Below, piece by piece: positions 40,435 to 56,100 of a stretch of DNA of 64,000 nucleotides. The translations under genes and the position numbers were made by a program. How positions within the stretch are numbered: the stretch's first letter is position 1; every line of letters starts with the position of its first letter. The DNA is from Microbotryum violaceum (Eukaryota): NCBI GenBank assembly GCA_001244265.2, contig CDLV01000008.1:1488001-1552000 (forward strand), written 5' to 3'. The notes under the pieces were generated by a model, which was not told the origin of the DNA, made no database searches, and was given only the letters and a program-made list of their open reading frames with translations.

Positions 40435-42444
40435 CTATAAATCCCACATCTCCGTACCGGTCCTATACCCCTCTTCCCCCCGAACATCCCTCGCCATCCC
40501 CTCCCCAACCTCCCAAGCCGCCTTCGCCGCCCCGTTCACTCCCACAGTCGCGAAACCGCCGCCTACTACAGCGACTCTGACACGACGTTCTTGACGAAGT
40601 CTTCGACCCATTTGACGGAAGGCGAGGAAGTGGTAGGGCGGAATTTGGGGAATGCAGTGCTGGTGAGTTGTGGAGAATGCGTAGGAGGGGGGAGGGAAGG
40701 AGGTGGAGGGGAAGTGCAATTGCAGGGTTTGCAGGGTTTGCTTGACGAGGTCCGAGTGGCTCGGCGAAGGCGGTGGGTGATTGTCTAGCCAGTAGGAACC
40801 GCCGAGGAGGAGGGAGATCTTTTCGAGACCTTCCGACGTCGGAGACGATGTAGAACACGCGTCGACATGGGGCATGACGTCCGAATCAAAGATGATCCCT
40901 AGCGCTTGATGAGGGTTCTCGTTCCTGGGGACTGTCCGAGGGATGAGGTAACCGAAACCTGGAGGGAGGAGACGAGGGGTGGTAGGCGAAGTGGAAAATG
41001 CGAGGTTGATCACGGAGACTGTGGTGGCGGGGATCGGGGGAGGGGAGATGGGATCGGGGAGGAGTGAGGGGAGGGTTGTGATGAGGTGGGTCGGGTGAAG
41101 GGTCGTGGTTGGGGTCTTGATCTGCAGCCCAAATATACATCAGTCCGAAAGTTCTTTCCAACAAAGTGCTTTATGGTTGCTCACCGTCCACTCCCCCTCC
41201 CTGGTCCGTTCGACCTGACTCTCTTCCCCCAATCGAAACTCGACGCCTTGCTCCCTCAACCACCTTTCCAGTCCAAACGTCAACTCTTCTAGACCCCCTT
41301 TAAGACCCCAAACACTGGCCCCTGACATCCTTTCCACCAAGTCCTTACCTTCTTCACCACTCTGCACTAAGCGTTCTTTGATTTCCTCCATCATCACCGC
41401 TTCGCGCTCGACGCCTAGCCTATAAGCACTCTTGGGTTTCCAACCCCTTTTCCTCCATACCCCACCCAACAATGCAGCGAGGATGACGCTCCCCCATTCC
41501 CTTTCCGCCTCCCATAACGCAGGGAAAGTGGCCCTCACGCTCAACCGCCTTGTATCACCCGCGTAGATACCATGGATCATGGCACTGATCATATTGGAAG
41601 CCAAGACGGGGCCGAAGCGACGGGAGAAGAAGGCGTCGACGGATTCGTCCCCTCCGTCGGGTGTTGAATGGAGTGGGGAACGAGGTCGGAATGGTTCGAG
41701 AAGGATTGAGGGGATTACTCGACGCATGAGGTTTGTTTGGAGCGAGAAGAGGGATTTGAAAGCGGACCAGAGGGAGGAAGGGAGGAGGAACAGCGAACGG
41801 TCAATGAAAAGGTAGCGGTTTTTCGCGGAGGGGGCCGACTTGGAGACGGTGAGAATTCGGGGGGTGAGACCGATCGTGTGGGCCTGTGAGGTGAGGAATG
41901 CCAAGGGGAACCCATTCTCAGTTTGGGAAATTGAGTAGGAAAGGTTCACCGTCTGCAGGCTCACCATCTCGATCGTCAACCAGCCCATCAAGCCGACCGG
42001 TCGAATACTTCTCGGACCCGTCTCGAAAACCAGTTGGTCTCCCTGCTTCCCACCCTTGAGAGGCACCTTGATCGCTCGACACCAGCCGCCGACTCGTTCT
42101 TGTTTTTCACAGACGACGATGCGGGTCGATTGGCGTAGGTGGGGAGGCAAGGCACGGAGACAGTAGAAGGCCGAGGAGAGGCCCGAAAGACCGCCGCCGA
42201 GGATCGCGACGGTTCGTTGCGGTGGAGGTGCATCGGGGTGCTGGGTGCGGGTTGAGGAGAATAGACATTTGGAGTGGGTTATTGGTTGAGGTGTCCGGCG
42301 TAATGGAGTGGTGGCTCGACGGGGAGGACAGAGTGGGGCGGCACCGGTCGGCTGCGAGCTGAGCGACCGAGCTGATGCCAACGCGATCAGTGATGTTGCG
42401 GGCCTGGGCCAGGGTCTCAACCGAGTCATGACGCGTCGTGACAT
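40435..42444 (-). CDS. HEM14: Protoporphyrinogen oxidase (spliced)
   Basis: VAILGGGLSGLSSA, ERVGGW, FETGPRSIRP, DESV..FFSRRFG, HGIYAGD, GFGYLIP, CIPQ. Confidence 0.93.
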
Positions 42445-42588
42445 GGTGATCAATTCCAACGTGGAGCAGGGATGACGGATGGATCGAGGAGGAAAGCGGA
42501 GAAAGAACGGCAAGCGCGCTTCCAGCTCTGGTCGATCACTTTCCTCTTGTGCTCACTGTACTCGTGCGCTGCTACCCGGATTTCCTCC

Positions 42589-44390
42589 ATGTCGTTCCAC
42601 GTGTTCAGACCGATATGGAAGCAGGTCGAACTCACCACACGACCGCTCAAGAAACGACGACTGCTCAGCTCGGATAGTTACACCGCCGCACCTCGTGCAC
42701 CGTACCGTATCCTGCTCTTTGGGGCAGACGAGTTTAGCTGTGCGACACTCTCGGCGATACATGACGCTAGAGAAGGTGAGTTGGAGCTCAGATTGGGGGT
42801 CTCACCGTCTACTTACAGCAGCTGAGGCCCTGCCTGGGCGCAGATTTGGTCGAGGAGCTCGTCGTGGTCACTCCACCCGATGCGAGGACGGGCAGAGGGC
42901 TCAAGACCATACACAGGCGTACGTTCACCACTTTCCCTTCTTATCGTCTGCTACTCCCGCAATAAAGTGCATCGCGGATCCCTACAGGTCTTAACCTTGC
43001 GCTTTCCCCTGCTGTGTTCCTCCCCATTCGTCCTCCGCGGCGACACCCGTCCTCCGCGGCGACACCCGTCCTCCGCACTTCGCAGCCCCACTTCGAGAGA
43101 TGGCCGAGTCGTTGAACCTCGCCTCGATCGCACTACCTCCCACCCCACTCCTCAAAGCATACAAGGTGACCATCGAATCCTTTCTGGCCCAGCAAGGTGC
43201 ACTCACACTCACTCACTTGCTCCCACCCTCACCCTCACCCTCACCCTCACCCACATACCATCATCCTCCGCTTCTCACCCCTTTCTCAGCCCCCCACCTC
43301 CTTCCTCGACCCCACATCGAGCACCCCCTCGCTCCTCGACCCTTCCCGAACCCTGCTCCTCACCGCCTCCTTCGGCCACCTTATACCCACCACTCTCTTA
43401 TCTCTATTCCCACCCTTGAATACGCTCAACGTCCATCCTTCCCTACTCCCAAAGTATCGAGGAGCGGCTCCTATTCAATGGGCGATTGTTCACGGGGAGC
43501 AGAGCACGGGCGTGAGCGTGCAAGAGTTGAGTAGGGGTAAATTCGATCAAGGGAGGCTGTTGGGTCAAAAGCATGTGGTGAGTGGTTTTGAGATGGTCAG
43601 CATAATCGGGTAGGATAATAAGCTGGGCTGATACTGGTTCGGACTTGTGCACCCACGGTAAATTTTGAGAAGAGCATGCCACCCTTGGCGGATTTCAAGA
43701 CGCTCGAACCGATCTTGGCTAGGGAAGGAGCCAACTTGCTCGTCGAGGTGTTGCGTAATCTTGAGAAAGCTCAGGTGCGTCGGCACGCTGAACCGGGTCC
43801 CCGACCGCAACCTTATCAAGAGAAGAAGCTGACTTGTCCCGTTTGATCCGGGGGAAAAGGCTAATGCCGTTGCCCAAACAGGGGTCGTCTCCCATGCGTC
43901 CAAAATAGTGAGAGATCATGCGAGGATCGTGTGGGATAGGATGGGGTCGGACGAATTGAAGAGGTTGCAGAGGGGAATTGGACATCGGGTGAGGATCTAG
44001 AACCACACTCATAAGCGGGTGGAGGCTACTGCTGGTGGAAACTGATCAATCCTTTTATGTCGGGCTATACCTGCCCAGTTCCCACTCTGGACGACCCTTA
44101 AAGCCTTCCCTTCCAACCCCAACGAACGCTCCCAGCCGCCTAAAACAATTCAACTCCAACTCCTCGATAACCCTGCGTTTTCCGTGCCCGACTCCGTCCC
44201 CATCGCCGAACTGACCTCCCTCCCACCCGGATCAACGGCCTTTGATCCACGAACCAAGACGTTGTTCGTGAGATGTGCGGCAGGGGTCGTGGGTGTGGAA
44301 AAAGTTAAGGGTGCCGGAGGGAAGTGGGTGGGGAGTGGGGAGTGGTGGAATGGGGTTGGAAGGAAATTGGGGACGATGAGGATGGAATGA
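42589..44390 (+). CDS. FMT1: Mitochondrial methionyl-tRNA formyltransferase (spliced)
   Basis: ILLFGADEFS; ASFGHLIP; LNVHPSLLPKYRGAAPIQWAI; TGVSVQEL...FDQG. Confidence 0.93.
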
Positions 44391-44662
44391 TTATTCGACG
44401 TTTTCATGGGAAGTGCTTGAGCGATGGGTGTTGGTCTCGGTGTCAATGCTGGCTGAGATTCTACACTCGAGAGTTTTGGTAGACTTTGGGGAGCGGATCG
44501 TGGTGGGAAGCTCTGGAAGTGAATGTGAACGGTCCTTCCTCAATAAAATCACGTGCGAAGGTTTTCCGGACGGCTGCGGGCCGAATCCGACGCGCGTCGA
44601 CGGTCTGCCTCGCGTCGAGACACGTCCCTCTTGGATCCCGTCCGCGCAGCCTACGGACAACG

Positions 44663-45884
44663 ATGGCTGCACCACCACCACCACCACCACCACCGTTGCC
44701 ACCGTTACCAAGCAGACCATCGTCTTGTCCTGTTCCAGCCATCGAGGATCTCTCATTGGACGAGCGTGAGGACGGCCCACCGATCGCTTCGACGTCGACT
44801 TCACCGCCACCTCCACCACCAACTGCTTTGTCATCAAAGGCGAGGGGGCAGGTCCGCAGAGGTCCTCCCATTACTTATCGAAGATACACCGGGGAAGAAG
44901 TCAGTCACCCACTAGGAAGGTTCCCATCTAGGTGCTCCGTTCATCTGATCTGGGATCCTATAGGACATTCCCCTCATCATCGCGCTGGTCGAGACCGAGT
45001 TGTCCGAGCCGTACAATTGGTACACGTACCGTTATTTCTTACAAGATTGGTCAGTCGAGCTACCGAGCTTTTTCAGAGGTCTTGACGGGGCGATACCCCT
45101 TGTGGCTGACTATTTCAAATTTTCGCGCCGACCTCCACAGGCCTCATCTATGTTTTTTCGTACGTCACCTCCCAACCCTCATAGCTTTAAAGTTGCCCCT
45201 AACCTCCTCAAGAGACGCTTTCAACACAGGCCTACATGGGTGACACCCCGATAGGCACGATCGTGTGCAAGCAGGACCTGCACAAGAAGGGCCTCGAGAG
45301 GGGCTACATCGCCATGCTCGCAGTGGTCAAGAGCTGTAGGGGCCAAGGAGTCGGTGAGTGGTTGATGAAGCGGGGGAAAGAGGTGGAGATAGATGGACCT
45401 AACCGATCTAATTCATGTGGTGCGTTCGTGTGTGGTGCGGTCCGCAGCGACGAGATTGGTTCAACTATCGATCACCGAGATGGTCGCTTACCAAGCGCAG
45501 GAAGTCATGCTCGAAACTGAATTCGATAACCTCGCCGCTTTGGCCTTTTACGAGAGGCTCGGTTTCTTCCGCGATAAAAGGTTGTTTCGGTTTTATCTGA
45601 ATGCCAAGGATGCTTTCAGGTTAAAGTTGCCGTTGGCGGAGAGGGAGACGGAGAGGGAGGAGATGGAGTACAGAGCGCGGTTGGCGAGGATCGGGGTCGA
45701 TGATGAGCTGACAAAGAGTTTGGAGGTTTGGAAGAGGTGGAAGGAGGGGACGTGGGTGGAGGAGGGGGAGGGAGGAAAGGGGGAAGGGAACCGGGAGAAA
45801 AGTGTAAAGGGGTCTGAGAACGAGTCGAGTAGGATACCGGAATCTAGTGGCGCCCGTAAGCGGTCCGAAGCTGCGAATACCTGA
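44663..45884 (+). CDS. MAK3: NatC N-terminal acetyltransferase catalytic subunit (spliced)
   Basis: [21 protein letters not shown]...[47 protein letters not shown]. Confidence 0.93.
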
Positions 45885-45956
45885 AGCAGGAATTTCCTCG
45901 GAAAAGACTCGGTCGATCGGTTGCGTGTTCGCAGAGAGAGTGAATGTGTTGCATCA

Positions 45957-46722
45957 TCAAACTTGTTCTGTCGTGTCTATTGTCTCTGCCGCATCAAGAT
46001 CGACAATTTCGGCGTCGATCTCGCGCTGCTCGTCGTGGATCTTTTGGGCCAGTTCCCGCCGGCTATTCGTCGGGGGGGCCAGTTCAAGGTGGGGGGTCAG
46101 CGGCAGGAGTGACTTTTGCTTACGTGAATGAACGTACCGTTTCTCAAACCCGTCAAGGGAGGACTGGAACTCTCCCTCTCCTACTTGTGTGATCATATCC
46201 AACCTCCTCAGTTGATCCCTCTCAATCATCTGTCAAAAGCCAGTCGATCGGGATGAGCTCGGTTCGGCTCCGCTCTCTGATCCAACGACCAATGAAATGA
46301 AAGAAACGGACCAACTTGAACCTCTCTTCTTCCATCGCTTCGATCCTCTCGACCACATTCTTCAGATTGGCCCGTTGGAACAGATGCTCGAGACTGTCGG
46401 CGATGAGCCGATGCTCCTGCTTGGTTTCCAACACGCCTTCAAAGCCGATGCGGAGGATCTCTTGTAGTTCTTCGACGTTGGGAGGTCGGATCGATTCGGT
46501 CGCGCAGGCTGAAGTTGGGGTTCGGTTGGAGCTGTCGGCGTCGATGGTCAGTGTGGAGAGGGGCGTCGGTGTGTTGGTGAAGAACGAGGTCAGCGCCGCT
46601 TCGAGTTCGGAGAGGAGCGAGTGCCGGGACTGCAGCGACGTCCGGTAGAGCTTGAGCGTGGCGAGGAGGCTGGGGGTTGCTGGGGGAGGCGGAGGCGGAG
46701 GCGGAGCAAGCGTGGCTGCCAT
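45957..46722 (-). CDS. Small helical protein, REX1-B-like (two exons)
   Basis: SLQSRHSLLSELEAAL...IGFEG...VERIEAMEEERFKL pattern recalled from the REX1-B family; family call tentative. Confidence 0.55.
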
Positions 46723-47424
46723 AGTCTGGGAGGTAGAGGGTGGGGAGGTGGGGAGGTGGGGAGGGAGAGAAGGTGGGGAGGGAGAGAAGGTGGGGAGGGA
46801 GAGAAGGTGGGGAGGGAGAGGGGTGGGGAGGGTGCGGAAGTGGGGAAAAGTGGGGAGAGAGAGGGGTGGAGATCGCTTGCGAAGCGGTTCGTTCCGGCCG
46901 TGCAGTCCTGCAGTCGCCGCCCCCACATTGGACCGACCAGACGACTCGGATCGCCTCAGCCGCACCGTGAAACTCAACGGCCTCAGCCTGGCTTTTTCAC
47001 ATGTCCTCAACTCAAGCCGGAAAATTAAACCTTGAACCACCACAGATATTCCTAATATCATGAACCCACTGATCCCAAGTCTGACCAAGTCTGATTTGGC
47101 AACCAATTCTGGCCCGGCCGAGTCGGCGAGGGAACCCGAAGCAGTCCCTTGCTGGCCCGTCCTTCCGCCAGCGTTGCCCCCCACCCAACACCGCGACCCC
47201 CCCTTCCTTACGCTGGATTCCTACGTCGCTCGAGAACTCATCCCACCTCGACCTCGTCCCCCACTACCACTACTCTACACCCGCGCGTAAGAAGTTTTCC
47301 GTCAGGGATCAAACGCGCTTGACGAGCAACAGTAGCCAGCCACAGTACCACCCCCTCTACGACGACGGGTGAGACATCCACCACGAGCATAGCAAACTGG
47401 TGTAAACGCGTCTCTCGAATCGTC

Positions 47425-49102
<1,678 letters not shown>

Positions 49103-49858
49103 CTCGAAGGAGCGAATCAAGACGGAAGCGGAGAAGCGACTGCTAGACTGCTCCTGGGCCGGGCAAGGCGGTCCTATAGGCACATGCATGGGTTCGTGCG
49201 GCACAAGTTTGAGTGGAGGTGCTTTGGGTGGGCAAGCGCGTGTTGTAAATAATTCGAGGTCCAGCACCTGGTCTGGTGAGGATGCGAGCGACTCAAGGGA
49301 ACCAGCCTACTCGTCCTTAAGGGACAAGGTCGTTTCCTTCGCGATGAATGCGGTCGCTGGGGGCTTCTCCCGAGACGCAGAGCTGATGATCCAATCTGTG
49401 GGATCATTGATCTGACGAAATATCCTTGCGCCCGAGTACGCGAACTGGGGGGACATCCAAACGATCGAACTATGCAGCCTCCTATAGAGCAACGTGTGTT
49501 CACTTTCGAACGCGCGGTAATTGAGTTGTCTGTGCCTGTGCGGTGATTAAACCGCCGAAGCCAATTCACCTGACACCCTAAAGCGTGGACTTTCGAACTC
49601 GACGACTATCCGGTGGCCCGGATAGCTCAAGACTGGTTAAAACTTTGACCTCGTGCGTAAACTTGGACCGCTGAACAGCCACGGATGTAGGCCGCAGGCT
49701 CGGGATGCGGGTTCGGTTCTCACCGGTGTCCGAAAGCCAGCGTCGACGGTGCTCAAGATGCTTAATGAGGAAAGGGCTCGTTTCCCCTCCTTGACAGAAC
49801 CCGTCAAGTATCGTACAAGAAGCCCTCATCGTGATCTCGTTTCGTCTCACACCGCGCC

Positions 49859-51008
49859 TCATTCCAGCGGTTTCCTAATCCCCGCGAAATAATTCACCCC
49901 CTCCGCCAAGCCACCCCATTCCCCCATCCCGAACAACCTCCAGTCCCCTTTCAACGGATCATAAACGCAGCCTCTCCTCTCCATAATCCCCCTGGGCCAT
50001 CCGAGGTCGGATTCGAAAAAGTGTTGGAGCTCGGAAGGTTTTATGTATTTCGAGTAGGTGTGTGTTCCGGGGGTGACGAAGCGCAGAAGATTTTCGGCTA
50101 GGGTGATGGTGAGCAAGTGGGCTAGGGGAGTGCGGGATATGGTCGAGAGGAGGAGATGACCGCCGGGCTGTCGGGAGAAAATGGAGGTGAAGGAATGAGG
50201 AAGAGAGCAGAGAGCAACATTCGGGTCAGCGTTTGCAACCCTGGGGGTTTCTTTTTCCGCCAGGGCACAAATCTTGACTCGTACCTTTGTCAACTGAGCC
50301 AAACATCCCAAAAACGCTCTCGGATCCTCAACGTGTTCGACGACTTCCATCGCGCAGACGATATCGAACTGTTTTCCCTCTTGAACGAGATCCTCGGCGG
50401 CGCAATGACGATACTCCAATTTGGACCGGTGCGTGAGGTGATCGTCCAAGGAGGCGTGCAGTGTTGCTGTCTTGATGTTGATCTCGCTCGCATCGATTGC
50501 TGTGGTTGTGGCACCCAATCGAGCGAGGGACTGAAAGCAATTGATGAGAACGTCTCGGATCAGGCCCCACGAACCACGCAGCTTTGCCCTGGCACACAAA
50601 ACTCACCTCGGCAAAGATTCCGCCGCCACACCCCACATCCAACACACTGAACCCGTCCAACCACTTGCCACTCGCAATATCGATCTCCTGCACCCTCTGC
50701 ACGCGATCACGGAGAAAACGGATCCGACTGGGGTTCATGCGATGAAGCAGCTTGAATTCGCCGGTAGGGTCCCACCAGTGTTGAGCGAGGGAGGAGAAAT
50801 GGGCGACTTCGGAGGCGGAGATGGTGTTGGTCTTGCTGTTTGAGGAGGAGGTGGTGGAGTAGGGAGCAGCGTAGGGGGCCGAGGTGGATGAGGATGACGT
50901 CGAGTACTGCAGGGCACGAGTGCAGCTGTAGGACCTCCACAACTGCGGTGAGGAGGCAGCCACTCGACGGCTGATGGTAGTCTTGGCTAGTGTTGTGGTG
51001 CGCTGCAT
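49859..51008 (-). CDS. COQ3: Ubiquinone biosynthesis O-methyltransferase (spliced)
   Basis: WWDPTGEFKLLHRMNP, LDVGCGGG, FDIVCAMEVVEHV, PGGHLLLSTISRT, PGTH...KYIKP. Confidence 0.95.
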
Positions 51009-51383
51009 GGTGTAGGCGTTGTCCCGGAGTATAATTCTGGGAGTGTGCGAGAGGATCGACAAAGCCGGAGCACGGATCGGCTGGTGGCTGGCGATCGGTC
51101 GATATCGGTCGGCAGCAGTCGGCAGCGGGCCGCGGCGGGCTTTGGGCCCTGTGCATCGATCGATCGGTGCATTGACCGTCTCACACTCTTGGGTAATTCT
51201 TGGCAAATTCAGGGAACGTATCTCGTTTTTTCCTGGCTCGTGCTTACCCTCAAGCGCTTGGCAGCAAATTCAAATCAGGCGATTGGTATCAAAGTTCTCG
51301 TTCAACTCTCCGATTCTACAAACCAAGGCCCTGCTTCTACCACCGTGTCCCAACCCCGAGATCTCATTCCTCTTTTCCAACAT

Positions 51384-52668
51384 CTAGCAATGAGCAGCCG
51401 GTTCAGGACTACTAGGATCGATCGCGGCATGAAGTACCCGTCCAACCTTCTTGTAGGTCTCTGTTCCATCCAAAGGGAGATCAGGTCGAGATCAGCCGGT
51501 GGGGGCGCTCAAAACAGATTTTCACCGGCAAAGGTTCACGTGTACTGACCATGTCCACTGAAGAACTCCTTCCAGTGCGTCAGACCGCCCAACTGTTTTT
51601 CGGTCAGACCACGAAGATCGTGGGTCAGATGCGTGTCGAAGCAGCCTGGGCAGAGCGAGCAGGAAGGGGTTCGGGAATCAGTACTAAGGGTGTAAGGGTG
51701 TCCTGAACTCAGTCGCCAAGCACGAGATATCGCGTACCGGTGACGTAAGCTCGAGCAGCATCGACCCCGGAGAAAAAATGGTACGATCCACCGGGCGAGT
51801 ACCTAGGAGTAGAACCCAGAGTCGGGTAAGGCTCGAGTGATGGAAGAATGAACACAGCTGACCGCTGGACCTACGCCTTGCTCGAAGAAACATCATAGAC
51901 TGCATAGCCTCAAAATCCGGCTAGGATCAGCTTGACCATCGCTACGTTATGCAGCAGACAACCTGGGGACTTGCCATCACCATCGATCGCGATGTAGGTC
52001 GGGTACTTGGGGTCCTTGCCCGTGTGCTTGCTGAGTTCGGCCTCGGTGAAGAGACGTTCCTTGGGGATCGCGGGGGCGCTCTTGGTGAAGGAGTGCAAGG
52101 TGTCGAGGTACTGTAGCACCAGACGGAGCTCAGCATCAGCAACGGCATACGACTCGGAGGTGGGGATTGATAGCCGTGGTAAGTCTGATGGTGAAACCTA
52201 CATGGGAAGGCTCGATCCATTTCCCCTTGTAACCCCACGAATAACTCGACGTGAGCGATTTGCTCAACAATACGCTCAGCACCAACGTGATGAGCGACCA
52301 TTTGACGGTCTGGCCAAAGAACGAGGCCGAGGCGGGCGTTTGGGATGGTCGTTGTCGGCGCTCGGAGGAGGCGACGGCACCCGTGGAGGAGGCTTCGCTC
52401 TGCGGGAGTGGTACACGAACAGTCAGCCGCGCTTTCAAGGGATAGCGTAGTTGTAGGCCATCAATTGTCGGCGTCCGAGGCCGAGGTGTGCTGTAGCAGC
52501 GGACTGCTCATCGCCTCGGGAATCGTTCGACCGATGACGCAAGTGGGGATCCTCATCGGCCAGTCACTGGCAGCAGCCGACACCCGACCGGCGACTACGG
52601 CGACCATGGCGAGCACGGAGGAGGAGAGTTGTGCCGTCGCTTGCCTTGACGGGGGTGTCAGTAGCCAT
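51384..52668 (-). CDS. Cytochrome b5-like heme/steroid-binding (MAPR-type) membrane protein (spliced; start uncertain)
   Basis: TM segment, then FTEAELSKHTGKDPKYPTYIAIDG, FFSGVDAARAYVTG, THLTHDLRGL, YKKVGRV. Confidence 0.8.
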
Positions 52669-53145
52669 CGTGTGGAGTGTAAGCAGTGGTGGATGCTGAG
52701 ATTGTTGGGGACCGGGTAAAGGTGTCAAGAGGCTCGAGCCGGGACGTCGAGCGCTAAATTGCTGGTTTATAGTTGCTGATTATAGTAGTTGCTGATCGGC
52801 GACCGCGCTCGCGTGATCAGACGATTTTCCATCAACCCCCGATGAAATCGAAGCCTATAACAAGACGGGCTATTCTCTCGTCTTTTGGGCCGGTTCGAAC
52901 ACCTCCCCGTGGTCCTGGCTCGTCAAATGTACGTATCACCATAGTAAATTATATAGAAGAAAAAAGCGAAGATGAGTGATTGAGAAGAAGCCAAAGAGAG
53001 TGTACCGAATCAAAAGATTGACAAGATTACCCGACAAAGAAGACGCTAGCGTGGCGTAAGGGCCAACATAGAAGAAAAAATTGAACGAAAGCATTATGAT
53101 GCTACCACACCAAGTCATAGAAAAGCATATACATAATCATCAGCG

Positions 53146-56100
53146 TCACCTAGGTGCGACATTCATCGTAATAGGCGCCAACGGAGTCGCAGGTGCCAAA
53201 ACGGGCGGACCCGCTTTCGCAGTCGCACTCGTCTTGGACCCCGATCTCGAGTTTGAGCCAAGCGAAGTCGAGGACGAGTTGTTGAGCCGACGGGAAAAGG
53301 TCGACCCGACTGTTCCGAGCGCGGATTTGCTGCGCGAGCGTTGACCGTAGCCTGGGGAGGGGGGCATCGAACGTGATTCGGCGTCCGAGAGCAGACCCGA
53401 TCGACGACTGGAGTGCGAGTGGTGGCTGCAAGAGATAAGGGTTTTACTTAGTTTCAAGGGATATGTGATTGACCGAAGCGACAAGTGAACTCACTGGTGA
53501 TGGGGGTGGTGGGCGCTCGATCCGCTTCGTCGACTCAGGCTACCGACTGTGAGATCGAACCAGGCACCCAAGCAGAACTTTATCAGTGTCGCAACAAAGC
53601 AAGTACTCGCTCAATCAACTTCAAAAAGGTCAATTCACCATCATGTTTGCCATCACAACACGCCCTCACATTCTCCAGACCTTCCCACGTCTCGTCCACT
53701 TCCTCATCCCCAAGACCCGCAGGGATATCCCGTCGATCAACGAACTCGACGCTCTCGTCCCCCAAGAACGACAAAGTCCGCGCACTACGAGGACTCCCAA
53801 ACTCGTTGTAGCGTTGATAGTCATTCGCGGGCGTTCCGGACCGCTTGTAGGTCGAGTTGAACGTCGTCGACGAAAGCTTGTGACTTCGCATCGTGCTTGT
53901 CCCTCCCAAGCGAGAATGGGAGGTCGCTTTGGGCGTCAAGCGCGATTCGGAAGCTGATCCACCGAGGTTGTACATCCTGGCGTTCGGAGTCATAGAGTGT
54001 TCGTTCTCGCTGCGTCGAAGGTGCGACATGGACCGTTTACCAGAAGGAGACATGTTCGATGCACCGCCTATGGCCGTGGTGTCCCCTTCGACGGGGTCGG
54101 GTCGAGCAAGGAGGTAGCTGATCGCGGCGAACCACATGTCGTGGCGCTCGCGCGTACTCGCTGTGATCTTCATCTCGCGGTTCGGCGTTTGTACGATGAT
54201 GCTGCCTTGGTGGAGACCGGGTGGCAGCGGGTTGGCGTCGAGGACTTGACGAACACCCTCGATGCAGACTACAGGGAAGGGCATAGAGAGTGGTTAGCAA
54301 CCTCAACCGAGCACAAAGACGTCTCAGACCAAGCAGACTCACCACTCTTGGCGCTCGACTGATTCGTATTAGCTCCTCCAGGATCCGAAGTGCTCCAGTA
54401 CAAGGTTTTGGTGTACGGGTGCACCCAAAAGAAGCGCTTGTGTCGCTTCTCCGAGATACCCTTCCCGATCGCGCGTCGCGTGTACTTGTACAGGAACTCG
54501 CCAATCATCGTTTGCGTAATGGCATGGATCACGGCTGGGTCCGTCGAATCGTCGCCGTTGCGTAGGGGCTCGTCACCGCGCGATGGGTTGTGCGCGTCGA
54601 AGAGGCCGCCTTCACTCGTCCTGGAGGATGCCATCGATGGTCGGCGTGACATCTCGCTGTGCATGCTCATCTCAGAAATGGATCGAGCGGACGAAGAAAG
54701 AGGAGGACCGCTGGGAAGAGGTGGCACGTGACCCGCTCCTTCGGCACGACTGATCGTGTTGCTGCGCGACTTGTAATCGTTGCTCTTGCGGTCCATGACT
54801 TGGGTCATAGATTGTTGTGGGCGCAAATTCTGCAACGAGCTACCGCGCGAGGGCGTCGAACGCACTGTACCGGGGACGAGCAGTGTCGAGGAGCGCCGCG
54901 CATAGTCCTCGTCAAAGGCGGGGCTTTGAGCACGGTGCAAGAGGTCGGCAGGAGGGGGCGAAGTGGGGCGAGGGGGAGCTCGAAGCGAAGAGTGAGACGT
55001 GCTCGACAGGTTGCTGTGACGAGGCCCGGCAACAGCAGGACGACCAGGTGTACCAGCGAGTGTGTGGCTGCGTCGTACGGGGGTCGGAGGCGGGCCCATC
55101 CTCGATGCTGCTACCTCGGGAACGAGCCGCATTGGCTTGAGACCGACGGGGGACAGGGGCGGTGCCGATCCAGCATCGGTCGTGTACTGCGAGAAGCCCG
55201 ACATGGCCGACTCGGGTCGAGGCGCACCATCGGTGTAGGTGCCTTGCACAAAAGAGGACGCCCTCGCGGCTGCATCGCTAAGGTTGTCGGGGGTATCGGC
55301 GCGACCAAAGGTGTTTATCGAATCTCGATCGCGATTGCTCATGCCGTACATGGGCGTGATCGGAGTCCTGGGTCGCGGCGTCTCGACGACGGGCGGCGCA
55401 TAAGCCTCGGTCTGGACACCGACCTCGTGCACCGTGACTTTGGTGGGCATCTTGACGGTGAAGTTACCGAACGTTTCGCGACTTGCCGTCCATTCACGAC
55501 CATTCTTGGGAGTGAGTGGCGTTCTCAAGATCTCAGTGTTGTCGTCGTAATCGCTATCCTCGGCCGACTTGACGGCATTGTAAGGACCAACGGCGTTAAA
55601 GGAAGCCGAGGTCGAAGAACGGATCGAGACAAAGTCGTTGACCGATTCGGAACGCGAATGCGTCGTTGAGAGGAACGGAGAGGTGGCACCGATCGTCTCT
55701 CGTGCGTCCTCGAAATCGCTGTCGGTCTCGGTCTCAGTCTCGGTTTCGTCCTCGGTCGCTTCGTTGGCGGTGCGGAAGCCGTCAATGGTCGACTCGGTCG
55801 CAGATCGCGGGATCGACGCGGGCGCCGAGGGGGTGCTGCCACTTCGACTGAAAGCGCTGAAGATCTTGCCAATGTTGAGGCCCGTCAAAGAAGCCTGCGA
55901 ACTGAGCGCCTTGTCTTCCATGTCTTGCGGTGACGCAACAGAGGAAGGAGCGACGGCGACCGTTGCTGCAGGGGTGGGGACCGGGTCCGTCTGGACTTGC
56001 ATCTCGGACAAGACCACACGATCGGTCGAGGTGCTGGCCTCGGTCATCGTGATCGGATCCGTCGTCACCGCCGTCTCCTTCGTAGGTGCGACAGGCGCAG

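Noticed and set aside
46740-46870. G-rich ggtggggagggagagaa repeats upstream of the REX1-B-like gene
   Set aside because: Ordinary pyrimidine-rich 5' leader on the coding strand; no further support for a function
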